A stretch of DNA of 64,000 nucleotides from Polyangiaceae bacterium. GTDB lineage: Bacteria > Myxococcota_A > Polyangia > Polyangiales > Polyangiaceae. The stretch is taken from the NCBI GenBank assembly GCA_050287085.1, contig JBNKBE010000003.1:319577-383576 (forward strand), in the 5' to 3' direction. Positions 27,266 to 36,684 of this stretch are shown here, one piece after another. Position 1 is the first letter of the stretch, and each line of letters starts with the position of its first letter. A model generated the notes under the pieces. The model saw only the letters and a list, made by a program, of their open reading frames with translations, searched no databases and was not told the origin of the DNA. Made by a program: the position numbers and the translations under genes.

Positions 27266-27504
27266 CGCCAGAACGCGCGCCTCTTCTCGGGCGAACTACC
27301 AAACGCTCCGTGCGCCCTCTCGGTCTGTACTTCTGGGGTCCCGCGTGGATCCTAGGCTCGTACTGCGAATTGCGTGAAGACTACCGAAACTTTCGCGTGG
27401 ATCGCATCCAAGCATTGGAAGTTCTGACTCGAACATTCGACCCAGTGTCCCCCAACACTCGGGCGGAGTATCTGCGCGCTATGCTTGAACGCGACGCCCT
27501 CTAG
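27266..27504 (+). pseudogene. C-terminal remnant of a YafY-like WYL-domain regulator
   Basis: GRTTKRSVRPLGLYFWGPAWILGSYCELREDYRNFRVDRI matches the WYL core; no N-terminal HTH and no credible start codon. Confidence 0.75.
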
Positions 27505-27520
27505 CCCCAGGACGGGACAA

Positions 27521-28687
27521 TCAGGACAGTCGCGCCTTGTAGTCGGAGTAGCCAAACCTGCGCACGACCTGTGGGGGCCTCCCACTCGCCGCCACCACGA
27601 TGTCGGGATGGTGAACACCGTTGAAGAACGTCGTCTTCACCATCGTATAGATTGCCATATCGTAGAACACCAAGCGCTGCCCAACCTGAAGTGGTCGCTC
27701 AAAAGAGTACGCCCCTATCACGTCCCCAGCCAAACACGTGGGTCCTCCCAATTCGTAGCTATATGGCTTCTCGTTTGGCTCGAACGCGCCTTCAATCTTA
27801 GGACGATAGGGCATCTCCAGCACGTCTGGCATGTGGGCCGTAGCCGAAACATCCAAAATGGCTACCGGCCTGGGACCGTCCACGATATCGAGCACGCTCG
27901 CCAATAGGACCCCGGCGTCCAAAGCGACGGCCTCACCCGGCTCGAGGTACACCTGGACGCCGTAGCGCTCACTGAATCGACGAATCAACGACACCAACTG
28001 GTCCACGTCATAGCCGGGCCGAGTGATGTGGTGTCCGCCCCCAAAGTTCACCCACTCCAATTGCGGGAGAAGTGCGCCGAAACGCGCCTCGACGGCGTCG
28101 AGCGTGCGAGCGAGGGCGTCAGCGCCGAGCTCGCAGAGCGTATGAAAGTGCAGACCGCTGATCCCTGGCGGCAAGCTAGACGTATAGCCCCGCGCCTCGA
28201 ACTCAGCATAACGTATGCCGAGACGCGAGCCCGGACGACAAGGATCGTAGAGCGCCGTTGTGACTTCCGAATGCTCGGGATTGATCCGGAATCCAAAAGC
28301 GATGGGGCGACCGCTGCTGCCCGCGAACTCTCGCGCCGCGGCCCCAAAGCGTTCCCACTGCCCGAAGGAATTGAAAACGACGTGATCGCTAAGGCTCAGA
28401 CACTCCGCAAGCTCTTCCTCGGTATACGCTGGCGCATAGGTGTGCACGGCACCCCCAAACTCTTCACGCCCCAGTCGCGCTTCGATAGCGCCGCTGGCAC
28501 ACGTCCCAAAGAGATGGGGCCTCAGCACATCGAAGGTCGCGTGGGCCGCGAACGCCTTCAGCGCCATCAATACCCGCGCGCCTGAGCGCTCCGCCACACT
28601 GGCGAGTACTTCTGCGTTGGCCTGCAACGCGTCCAGATCGATCACAAAAGCTGGGCTACTGATCCCGTCGAGCTTTGGAGCGCGCAT
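27521..28687 (-). CDS. nspC: Carboxynorspermidine/carboxyspermidine decarboxylase
   Basis: LMALKAFA (PLP Lys), RINPEHSE...LYDPC..GSRLG, GLHFHTLCE, NFGGGHHIT, EPGEA, HMPDVLEMPYRP, TCLAGD, YTMVKTTFFNG. Confidence 0.95.
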   Translation of the reverse strand: MRAPKLDGISSPAFVIDLDALQANAEVLASVAERSGARVLMALKAFAAHATFDVLRPHLFGTCASGAIEARLGREEFGGAVHTYAPAYTEEELAECLSLSDHVVFNSFGQWERFGAAAREFAGSSGRPIAFGFRINPEHSEVTTALYDPCRPGSRLGIRYAEFEARGYTSSLPPGISGLHFHTLCELGADALARTLDAVEARFGALLPQLEWVNFGGGHHITRPGYDVDQLVSLIRRFSERYGVQVYLEPGEAVALDAGVLLASVLDIVDGPRPVAILDVSATAHMPDVLEMPYRPKIEGAFEPNEKPYSYELGGPTCLAGDVIGAYSFERPLQVGQRLVFYDMAIYTMVKTTFFNGVHHPDIVVAASGRPPQVVRRFGYSDYKARLS

Positions 28688-28705
28688 GATTGTTGCCTTT
28701 CGAGC

Positions 28706-29893
28706 TCAGGAAGTCACGGGCAGTTCCATCACTTGCCAAGGCAAACCGCGTACGGCGAGCTCGGTCAAGAAGGGTGCCGCAGGGAACTCTTCCATGTTGT
28801 ACACGCCCTTCTGATGCCAAGTCCGCGTCAACATCATCTTGGCCCCGACCATAGCGGGCACGCCAGTGGTATAAGAGACGGCTTGCGCCTGCACTTCGCG
28901 GTAGCAGGCCGCGTGATCGCAAACATTGTAGATGAACACCCGCCGTCGCGCGCCGTCTTTGACGCCTTCAATGATGCAGCCAATGCTCGTCTTGCCCTCG
29001 TAGCCCTCTGCCAGTGAAGCAGGGTCGGGAAGTACCGCTTTGAGAAACTTCAGCGGAACGATCTCGCGCCCCTCGTAGATGACCGGATCGATCCGCGTCA
29101 TGCCAACAGCCTCCAAGACGCGCAGATGGGTCAAATACGCTTCTGAAAAAGTCATCCAGAAACGAATACGACGAAGACCTTTGAGATGCTGCGCCAAGGA
29201 CTCGAGCTCCTCGTGGTACATCAGATAGGCGCGCCGTACCCCAACCTCGGGGAAGTCGAAATCCTGATGCACGGTCAGCGGATCGGTCGACTTCCATTCG
29301 CCGTCCTCCCAATAGCGTCCACGCGCCGTGACCTCTCGAATATTGATCTCGGGGTTGAAGTTGGTCGCAAACGCCTTGCCATGGTCACCCGCATTGCAGT
29401 CAACGATATCCACGTAATGAATCTCGTCGAACAGCTCGGCCTGCGCGTAGGCACAGAATACATTGGTCACCCCCGGGTCAAACCCCGAGCCAAGCAACGC
29501 CATGATGCCGGCTTCACGGAAGCGCTCTCGATAAGCCCATTGCCAGCTGTACTCGAACTTGGCTTCGTCCGGCGGCTCGTAGTTCGCCGTGTCCAGGTAG
29601 TCCGTTCCCGTCTCCAAGCAAGCATCCATGAGATGCAAATCCTGGTAGGGCAAGGCTACATTGAGCAGCAAGTCCGGACGAAACTCACGGATCAGGGCGG
29701 CGGTCTCGCGCACGTTGTCGGCGTCGACACGCGCGGTCCGGACCGGACGCGGCAGCTGGCGAGCAATCGCGTCGCACTTGCTGAGCGTCCTGCTGGCGAG
29801 ACAAATCTCGCTGAAGGTCTCAGGGTCCTGGGCACACTTGTGGGCTACGACGGCGCCGACTCCGCCAGCGCCGATGATTAGTACCTTGCTCAT
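28706..29893 (-). CDS. Carboxynorspermidine dehydrogenase (saccharopine dehydrogenase family)
   Basis: ATG 29893 after AGGAGG; IIGAGGVG, NVALPYQDL, YLDTANYEP, GSGFDPGVT, FATNFNPEINIRE, SYTTGVPA; directly upstream of nspC. Confidence 0.93.
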   Translation of the reverse strand: MSKVLIIGAGGVGAVVAHKCAQDPETFSEICLASRTLSKCDAIARQLPRPVRTARVDADNVRETAALIREFRPDLLLNVALPYQDLHLMDACLETGTDYLDTANYEPPDEAKFEYSWQWAYRERFREAGIMALLGSGFDPGVTNVFCAYAQAELFDEIHYVDIVDCNAGDHGKAFATNFNPEINIREVTARGRYWEDGEWKSTDPLTVHQDFDFPEVGVRRAYLMYHEELESLAQHLKGLRRIRFWMTFSEAYLTHLRVLEAVGMTRIDPVIYEGREIVPLKFLKAVLPDPASLAEGYEGKTSIGCIIEGVKDGARRRVFIYNVCDHAACYREVQAQAVSYTTGVPAMVGAKMMLTRTWHQKGVYNMEEFPAAPFLTELAVRGLPWQVMELPVTS

Positions 29894-30064
29894 GAAGCCT
29901 CCTTGACTGGCCTCGGCAAGTCCGAAGCCCAAGATCGTCGAATCACTTTGGCGTCGCACCCGCCGGCACCGCAGCCGGGCAAGGTGATGGATCAGGCGGC
30001 GTCAGGCGGGTCGGACATCAAGCCGAACCAGCCTGGCAAACGTGGTGCCGCTTGCGAACGCCAG

Positions 30065-31855
30065 TTACTGCTTGTCTGCGTATTCGTCGAGTGTTTCCGG
30101 CACGAAGACCGTCAAAACTCGTGTCACGTACGCGTCAAACCCGGCCGCAGCGTTGCTCGAGTAGACCTGCTCGGGAGTCAACTTCTCGTGATATATGCGG
30201 TTCGTGTCTGGGGGGACCCACTTGGTGAAACGCCGAAGCACAAACGGGCGCTGCCGCCCCGGCAGATAGAACTCACTGCGCACCATCATGCTCAGCGCAA
30301 CAAAGACGCCCCGTGGTGATTGCGTCGTGTACGCGCCATTCATTTCTATGCGGTAGCGAATGAGCAGTGTGGGCACCTCGCTCGGGGGCAATTCGGCCAC
30401 CGCCGGATCGACCAGCTCGCCGGGAACAAAGTGGAGGATCTCCTGGGGAAATGGCTCCTGCAAGTGGGAGATGAGCTTGTCCAAGAAGACGCGCTCCCGC
30501 GACTCGGCGTAGGAACGAGCGAAGTATTGGGAGGGTAGAGTCTTGTTGCCGACGAAGTAGGCACTTCGACGAAGCAGGCTATCGGCCCGTTCGACGGAAA
30601 CCGGCACCTGGGGTTGAACACGAAGCTCAACACGTGGGCCATGTTGTTCCGAATAGTGGATCAGCTCCGCGAAGAACTCTTGAACGCGCAACCCGCTCTT
30701 GGCTCCCGCGACGTAGTTCGCACGAGCCGCCTCGTAGACGGCATGGCGCGCCGCGGCAAGTTCCGCCGCGATCTTCGGGTGACTGGCGTGGGCGCTCTTG
30801 AAAGCGTCGATCGCGGCCAAGGTGCCCTTGGCCCGCACATTCGTGAGCTCGGCGAGGAGTTCATCGCGCAGCGCCGCGTCGATCCGGTCCTGGATCTGAC
30901 TCTTCGGATGGGCTTCAGCGTAGGCTTCCACACGCTCCAGAGACCCGCGGGCGGCCCGCAGCTCGGCGATTGGCAGCAGCAGCTCCCTCACCTCCGACCG
31001 TTTGCCCCCTCGCGCCATGTAGGCGCGATAGGCAGCCACGGTATCCCGAGCGCGAACCGCGTCGTAGAGCGCTCGGTCGGCAAGCTTGTTCCGCGTCAGG
31101 AACAGCACGCCCCCAACCGCGGACAAGCTGAAGACGAGCAGGCCATAGCGCAACAATGGCGCGCGACGCCCCAGACGAATCGAATCCGGAGACGAAAGCG
31201 GATTCGAAAAGCCGCTATCGCGGAGCGGGTCGAGCACGGCTAGCTCGCGCCGATTGCCAAGACTGAGAGCTTCCCCATAGCGCCTCCGGTAGTCGTCGAG
31301 TTCTTGGTCCACCGTCTCCGACGCTTTCGGCAGAGTGAAGACGAATTGCGCGGCCCCAAACTGGAGAACAATACGCCGCCCCTGTACCTGCTTTCGTGTG
31401 AGCTGCGGCCACGGGAATAGGCGCAGACTGTCGCTCGCGGCCACAATGACGCCAACAGGAAATAGGTATGTTCCGAGTTCGTACGGATAGCGCTCGGGCC
31501 GAGTCCGCTCGGACCAAAAACGAGCCAGACAGGCCCCGGCACCAGCCCCCAACACGACGTAGATAGCAGCCATCGGACGAGGCTGAAGGGACAAGGGGGA
31601 GTCGATCCGCGCCCAACCAAGGACCATCACGACAACGATGCCTATCGCCAGACTGGCAGCCAAGACCAACCACAGCCAAGACATCACCCCGGACATAGCG
31701 TTGAAGGCAAGCGGCGTCGGGGCGCCTTGCCCACGCGTCGAGGCGACGAATCGATCCTGGATCGGACGCGACAACAGGTTGAACTGAAACTCGGTCCGGG
31801 GTGCTGGCGCATTCTGCAGCGGCTGGGGAGGCTGCTTGGGTTCCGCGTGCGACAT
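30065..31855 (-). CDS. Hypothetical membrane protein (3 TM segments plus large helical extracytoplasmic region)
   Basis: Long ORF; TMs WLWLVLAASLAIGIVVVMVLGW, AIYVVLGAGAGACL and YGLLVFSLSAVGGVLFL; start taken at MSHAEP. Confidence 0.7.
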   Translation of the reverse strand: MSHAEPKQPPQPLQNAPAPRTEFQFNLLSRPIQDRFVASTRGQGAPTPLAFNAMSGVMSWLWLVLAASLAIGIVVVMVLGWARIDSPLSLQPRPMAAIYVVLGAGAGACLARFWSERTRPERYPYELGTYLFPVGVIVAASDSLRLFPWPQLTRKQVQGRRIVLQFGAAQFVFTLPKASETVDQELDDYRRRYGEALSLGNRRELAVLDPLRDSGFSNPLSSPDSIRLGRRAPLLRYGLLVFSLSAVGGVLFLTRNKLADRALYDAVRARDTVAAYRAYMARGGKRSEVRELLLPIAELRAARGSLERVEAYAEAHPKSQIQDRIDAALRDELLAELTNVRAKGTLAAIDAFKSAHASHPKIAAELAAARHAVYEAARANYVAGAKSGLRVQEFFAELIHYSEQHGPRVELRVQPQVPVSVERADSLLRRSAYFVGNKTLPSQYFARSYAESRERVFLDKLISHLQEPFPQEILHFVPGELVDPAVAELPPSEVPTLLIRYRIEMNGAYTTQSPRGVFVALSMMVRSEFYLPGRQRPFVLRRFTKWVPPDTNRIYHEKLTPEQVYSSNAAAGFDAYVTRVLTVFVPETLDEYADKQ

Positions 31856-32225
31856 CGTCGCCACACTAACGGCAACCGAACGCAAAACCAATAATTCAGG
31901 GCACGGCAACACAAAGCGTGAGCGCGCATCCCCTCGCTCCGCCCCATTCGGCCCCCGTGAACGTCGACACTCAGCGCTCACCCGGAGCTGAGTCAGGGGG
32001 ACTCACTCCCACTCTGGCAAACAAGACAAGCCCTACTGCAAGCTCGCAGGCAGCCTCCAAAACGCACCTATTGCCTTCTTTCTAGGCTAGCATTTGGTCG
32101 CAATTGCGAGGACGCTGACTCTGTTCCATCGTACTCGAATGCGGTCGCGACAGCCATGGCGGGGCCACAGGAGCATGACCACTAGGGCATGACCAGAAGC
32201 CGGACCACAGCGGAGGGCTAGCCAA

Positions 32226-32675
32226 GTGAAGACAGAAGAGTCATCAGCACGAGAACTATCGTCGACGCGCTTGGCCGAGCCCGCAATGGGCCTGTCCACC
32301 ACGCGCCGGATCTTGCTCGTTGACGACGAACCATCGGTGAGGCGTGTGGGAGAAAAGGCCCTGCACCGCGCCGGATTCGAGGTCCTCTTGGCTGAAAATG
32401 GGCAGCGAGCGCTGGAGGTCTATGGGCAACACGGCCCCGGCATTGAACTCGTGATCCTCGATATGTCCATGCCGGGAATGGGGGGTCTGGAAACGTTCGC
32501 GGGGCTGAAAGCGCTGAACGCCAACGTACGAGTACTGCTGTCGAGCGGGTATGACACCGTGGAAGCAAGCGCTGCCTGCTCTCACGGGGGTCCCATGGGA
32601 GTTCTGCAGAAGCCCTATCGCGTCGCTGCGCTCTTGGAGCAAGTCACCGCGGCGCTCAACGCCCCTGCCTGCTGA
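32226..32675 (+). CDS. Stand-alone response regulator receiver protein
   Basis: ILLVDDE, LVILDMSMPGMGG (phospho-acceptor Asp), LLSSGY, LQKPY. Alternative start 32286. Confidence 0.9.
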   Translation: MKTEESSARELSSTRLAEPAMGLSTTRRILLVDDEPSVRRVGEKALHRAGFEVLLAENGQRALEVYGQHGPGIELVILDMSMPGMGGLETFAGLKALNANVRVLLSSGYDTVEASAACSHGGPMGVLQKPYRVAALLEQVTAALNAPAC

Positions 32676-32982
32676 AAGGGCCTTGGCCGAGAAAAATAGT
32701 GGCTTCGGTTAACCCGGAGCGAACTCGGTAGCCTCGCCTCCCGAGTGGGTCGATGCGTACGCCACCTGCCCTGCTCGGCGCGCCAGGCTCGCTCAATCAG
32801 GCCGCACCGCCTCCCGGGTGGGTGGCTGCGGCGCGTCGACGACGCTTGTGCAGCAGCGACCACAACGCCCGAAACACCTACAAATGCAGGGGCACAAGCG
32901 CACCCTCTCTTGGCGATCCAGACCAATACATATCCCACCCTGACGCGGGACTCCTCACTCGCTCCACCCAAAAAGTGAGTTC

Positions 32983-33006
32983 ACCCTACAAAAATAGGGT
33001 CTTTTT
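32983..33006 (+). terminator. Intrinsic terminator-like hairpin in the intergenic region
   Basis: acccta-caaaaa-tagggt followed by cttttt. Confidence 0.45.
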
Positions 33007-33521
33007 GCTTGTCCTTTTCGATCTATGAGGACATATAGCCAAGCGTTAGCAGTATGCAGCGATTAAGCGGCAGTCGGCACGCTTCTGAAGGCGGTTCCCT
33101 GACCATCGGATATCGGCCTTGGCGGCACGCTGGCGAGCCCCTCGTACAAGCTTCGGAGCGTGTATGACCGAAGCGACATGGACGCGGATGGCCAAGAGCA
33201 GGTGCCGCTCGTGAGGACCCTCATTGTGGCCTGGCCGCCGCTGCTGCAAGCGGCTCGTTCCCAGATTCAAAGCAAAACGGTTCAGATTCACTACGGCATG
33301 GCCGTATGGCCCAGCAACCAGAATGCCCCAATATGCGGGTCGCCCAAGACCCCCGATGACCCGACTGCCGGGTCACCCTAAAGCCACGGCGTCCCAGATG
33401 AAGATGGAGCTGGTGAAGATGGGGCAAAGTCCGTGTTCGCTCAAACTCACCCCGAAGCGTGAACAAGCACGCAAAACGCAGGGGGTCCTATGGGACCCGT
33501 TAGGAAGTCGAGGTAATCAAT

Positions 33522-33854
33522 ATGGCAGCAGCTAAGACCACCGGGATTAAAGAGAAATACACCAAGAGCCAGATTCTGGCCGAGCTCGCAGAAAAGACGG
33601 GGCTCAGCAAGAAGGACGTGGGCGGCCTCCTGGAAGAGCTATCCAACCTGATCGAGCGGCACATCAAGAAGAAGTCCGTCGGCGAGTTTACCCTCCCCGG
33701 GCTGCTCAAGATCACCACGGTGCACAAGAAGGCAGTGAAGGCGCGCAAGGGCATCAACCCCTTCACCGGCGAAGAGCAGATGTTCAAGGCCAAGCCGGCA
33801 CACACGGTGGTCAAGGTCCGTCCGCTCAAGAAGCTGAAGGAAATGGCCGACTGA
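33522..33854 (+). CDS. HU/IHF-family DNA-binding protein
   Basis: TKSQILAELAEKTGLSKKDV, FTLPGLLK, KARKGINPFTGE, VKVRPLKKLKE; RBS GAGG. Confidence 0.93.
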   Translation: MAAAKTTGIKEKYTKSQILAELAEKTGLSKKDVGGLLEELSNLIERHIKKKSVGEFTLPGLLKITTVHKKAVKARKGINPFTGEEQMFKAKPAHTVVKVRPLKKLKEMAD

Positions 33855-33917
33855 AGCGCTCTGTTCCTTGCGCCCCCGACAGACTCCAACCGGAGTTCTT
33901 GAAAAGCGCATGATGAA

Positions 33918-33957
33918 AGGCCCGGGCCTCCTAGGGGGTACCGGGCCTCTCTTGTTG
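33918..33957 (+). terminator. Terminator of the HU gene
   Basis: aggcccgg...ccgggcct stem followed by ctcttgttg. Confidence 0.55.
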
Positions 33958-33993
33958 TGTCGACCGCATGGTCCCCACTCAGGGCGGCCCGAC

Positions 33994-34929
33994 TCAGCGA
34001 CGCGGGGTCCCCCCCAGCTGAAGGCGAATCAATTCGCAAACCGAGTAGACCTGCAACGACGTCCCAATCGCCAACACACGGCCAGTTCGCGCCCAAGCGC
34101 TGAGGGGCCGACCGCCATGTCCACCACGCGACGCGCGGCGCACCCGCCCGAGCGGAGGGAGACAAGCGCGACCCAAGCACAGACCAAACGCAACCCAATG
34201 GGGGTAGCGTTCCCGGGCCATCGTCAGATGCCCTCCTACCAGGCGCGCACGTTTCTTGAGTAGCAGCGCGAGGCTGGAACGAGCAGGATGACGGACCACA
34301 GCGTTCTCCTCGTAAACGAGTTCGACTCCAGCGGCGTGAGCCCGCTGCCCCCATTCCTTGTCTCCGGACGACTTGAGCTGGGCATTGAACGGTCCCACAC
34401 GCCGCAATGTATGCGGCGTTGTAAACAGATTCGCCGTCACGCTGTAGTGGCGCTCTTGCACGTACGTTTGTTGCGAGAAACCAACGGCGAGCTCAAATTC
34501 CTCCGCCCACGACGGCCGCCCCCGATGCGGCGTGAACAACACAACGCGTCCACCCACCACGACGAAGGGCCCGTGTTTCTCGACGGCACGCACCCCCTCC
34601 TCCAACCAATTGGGCTCCGGCACGCAGTCTGAGTCAGTGAACGCAACCACATTGCCGGTCACCGCATCCAATCCGGTGTTGCGGGCCGCGTACGAGCCAG
34701 GCCGCCCTTCGCGCAAGAGTCGAGCAAAGGGATAACCGGCTACGATCGCCTCGGGCGGTTGGCGACTCCCGTTGTCGATCACCAAGACCTCAAATCGTGC
34801 GTGTGGCCACGTCTGCTGCGCCAAAGCCTCAAGACAGGTCCGAAGACGCTCCGCATCGTCGAGCACCGGAATGATCACACTGACGAAGAATTTGGCGTGA
34901 GCGGCCTCAGCTGGCGAGTGCATCAACAA
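33994..34929 (-). CDS. Glycosyltransferase family 2
   Basis: VSVIIPV, EVLVIDNGS, GSYAARNTG, AFTDSDC, SSGDKEW. Confidence 0.92.
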   Translation of the reverse strand: MLMHSPAEAAHAKFFVSVIIPVLDDAERLRTCLEALAQQTWPHARFEVLVIDNGSRQPPEAIVAGYPFARLLREGRPGSYAARNTGLDAVTGNVVAFTDSDCVPEPNWLEEGVRAVEKHGPFVVVGGRVVLFTPHRGRPSWAEEFELAVGFSQQTYVQERHYSVTANLFTTPHTLRRVGPFNAQLKSSGDKEWGQRAHAAGVELVYEENAVVRHPARSSLALLLKKRARLVGGHLTMARERYPHWVAFGLCLGRACLPPLGRVRRASRGGHGGRPLSAWARTGRVLAIGTSLQVYSVCELIRLQLGGTPRR

Positions 34930-35064
34930 AGAAGTCCAAGAGAAGGTGGCGCAAACGCCCCCTCTCTACCGCACAGCGCGCGTGAAATCACCCCTTCGAA
35001 GGTGCCCTTTCCGGCGTGCAGCAATACCGCTTTTCTGAACGATGCCCCCTTGCTACACAAAGCC

Positions 35065-35544
35065 ATGCCTCTACCCCTTGCGGTCCGCGTGTACCTGGAG
35101 GACACCGACGCCGGTGGAGTCGTCTACCATGCCAGCTACGTTCGCTACCTCGAACGGGCTCGCACGGAAGCGCTACGCATGGCGGGTCTTGAGCAAAGTC
35201 GCAACTTCGAACACGACCAAAGCTTCGTGGTCGCAAAGCTGGAAGTCCAGTTTCATGCCCCCGCACGCCTCGACGCCTTGCTTTGGGTCACTTGTTCTCT
35301 CACCGAACACACGGGCGCGCGGCTGATCTTCAGGCAGCGCGTCGAAGACCAGCTCAACGGACGGGTATATTGCAGCGCTGACGTCCAAGTCGCGTGCATC
35401 AGCCTGGCGCGCGGGCGACCCCGCCGCATCGATGCGGCGCTCGTCGAGACGCTGCTCGCTGTCTGCGCGCCGGATACGAACCCAGCGGATCTGAGCCCAG
35501 CGGCTCCGAGCCCAGCGGATACCAACGCAAGGACAGAAGCGTGA
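35065..35544 (+). CDS. ybgC: YbgC-family acyl-CoA thioesterase
   Basis: VRVYLEDTDAGGVVYHASYVRYLERARTE signature; ATG 35065. Confidence 0.88.
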   Translation: MPLPLAVRVYLEDTDAGGVVYHASYVRYLERARTEALRMAGLEQSRNFEHDQSFVVAKLEVQFHAPARLDALLWVTCSLTEHTGARLIFRQRVEDQLNGRVYCSADVQVACISLARGRPRRIDAALVETLLAVCAPDTNPADLSPAAPSPADTNARTEA

Positions 35545-36149
35545 CCCAGCGCCCGATGCCACACCGGGTGGCTGAGGCTTTCGACCACGAAATCGACAAG
35601 ATCGCTGGGTCGCGTTTTCTTACTCGGCTGATCCCGGCTGATGCCCCGGAACAGGTGCTGGAAGCGCAAGCCCTGTTGCGCGCGCATCACCCTCACAGTC
35701 GCCACGTGTGTTTTGCTTACGTTGGCGATGGTCCGGACGAAGTGCGTTTCTCAGACGACGGCGAGCCCTCGCGCACCGCCGGCTTTCCTATGCTCAAGGT
35801 GCTCCAAGGCGCGTCCATGCGCCGGACAGGAGCTCTCGTCACACGCTATTTTGGTGGTACTAAGCTCGGCACCGGCGGGCTTGTGCGCGCCTATACCCAA
35901 GCCGTTCGCGAAGCCCTCGAGCACTGCCCTCTGCTGCCCTCAGTGCCGCTGCGCCACATTGTCGTTCGCTGCAGCTACGCTCAGGAGCCGCTTGCACGCC
36001 ACGCGCTTCAGGCCGCAGAAGTCGAACGCTTGCAAGCCCATTACGACGCGCAGGTAACACTCAGCGGCAGGGCACCCGACGTGCGACTGGGCGAGCTGAC
36101 AACCCGGCTGGAGCCGGCCGAGGGCTTCCTAGTGACCATTGGTGACTAG
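35541..36149 (+). CDS. yigZ: YigZ/IMPACT family protein
   Basis: GSRF, HVCFAY, SDDGEPSRTAGFPML, VTRYFGGTKLGTGGLVRAY; GTGA overlap with ybgC. Confidence 0.9.
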   Translation: MTQRPMPHRVAEAFDHEIDKIAGSRFLTRLIPADAPEQVLEAQALLRAHHPHSRHVCFAYVGDGPDEVRFSDDGEPSRTAGFPMLKVLQGASMRRTGALVTRYFGGTKLGTGGLVRAYTQAVREALEHCPLLPSVPLRHIVVRCSYAQEPLARHALQAAEVERLQAHYDAQVTLSGRAPDVRLGELTTRLEPAEGFLVTIGD

Positions 36150-36243
36150 CGGAGCCGTGTGGCCTGCGCTCCGCGCCCCCTACTGCGGCACGCGCCACGC
36201 AAGAGCAAGCCGACGAGCCGCAGCTCGGACGGGTGGACAGACG

Positions 36244-36453
36244 TCAGTGTGCTGCGGCAGTGGAGTCCGACGCTCCGGAGCTGTCATGGGCTGCCCCATG
36301 CCCGGCTTCGCCGCTCTGCGTCTCCCCGTGAGATGCCCCACTTGCCAGCAGCGCTACGAACCCACCGCCGACGACCACAAAGGTCAGACAAACAACAACG
36401 ATCGCGCCCATGACTCCAGACAGAAAGGGCTTTGGCTCAGTGGATTCAGACAT
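36244..36453 (-). CDS. Small membrane protein with His/Gly/Ser-rich tail
   Basis: 69 aa; single TM GAIVVVCLTFVVVGGGFVALLA; AGGA upstream. Confidence 0.55.
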   Translation of the reverse strand: MSESTEPKPFLSGVMGAIVVVCLTFVVVGGGFVALLASGASHGETQSGEAGHGAAHDSSGASDSTAAAH

Positions 36454-36684
36454 GCTTTCAAACTTTCCTGCCAGTGCAGTGGCCTACTCGAACGGCCCCA
36501 AGTCACAGGACCTCCGTCCTGACTCGTGGTCGACGGCCGAATGATAGCCAAGAAGTACGAGATGGCAACGACGATGTCAGCCCTCGGCTGAAGGCTGGGC
36601 GAGCGCGGCTGACCCTGGAACTCCGCTGTACTTCAGGACACCACGCGGTTGCTAGGTCCGACGGGAGCGTGCTAGGCGCCCCCC

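Noticed and set aside
25766..27504. AAA+ ATPase plus WYL as an anti-phage defence system
   Set aside because: The WYL gene is a fragment, the ATPase is Ycf46-like, and there is no nuclease or other effector.
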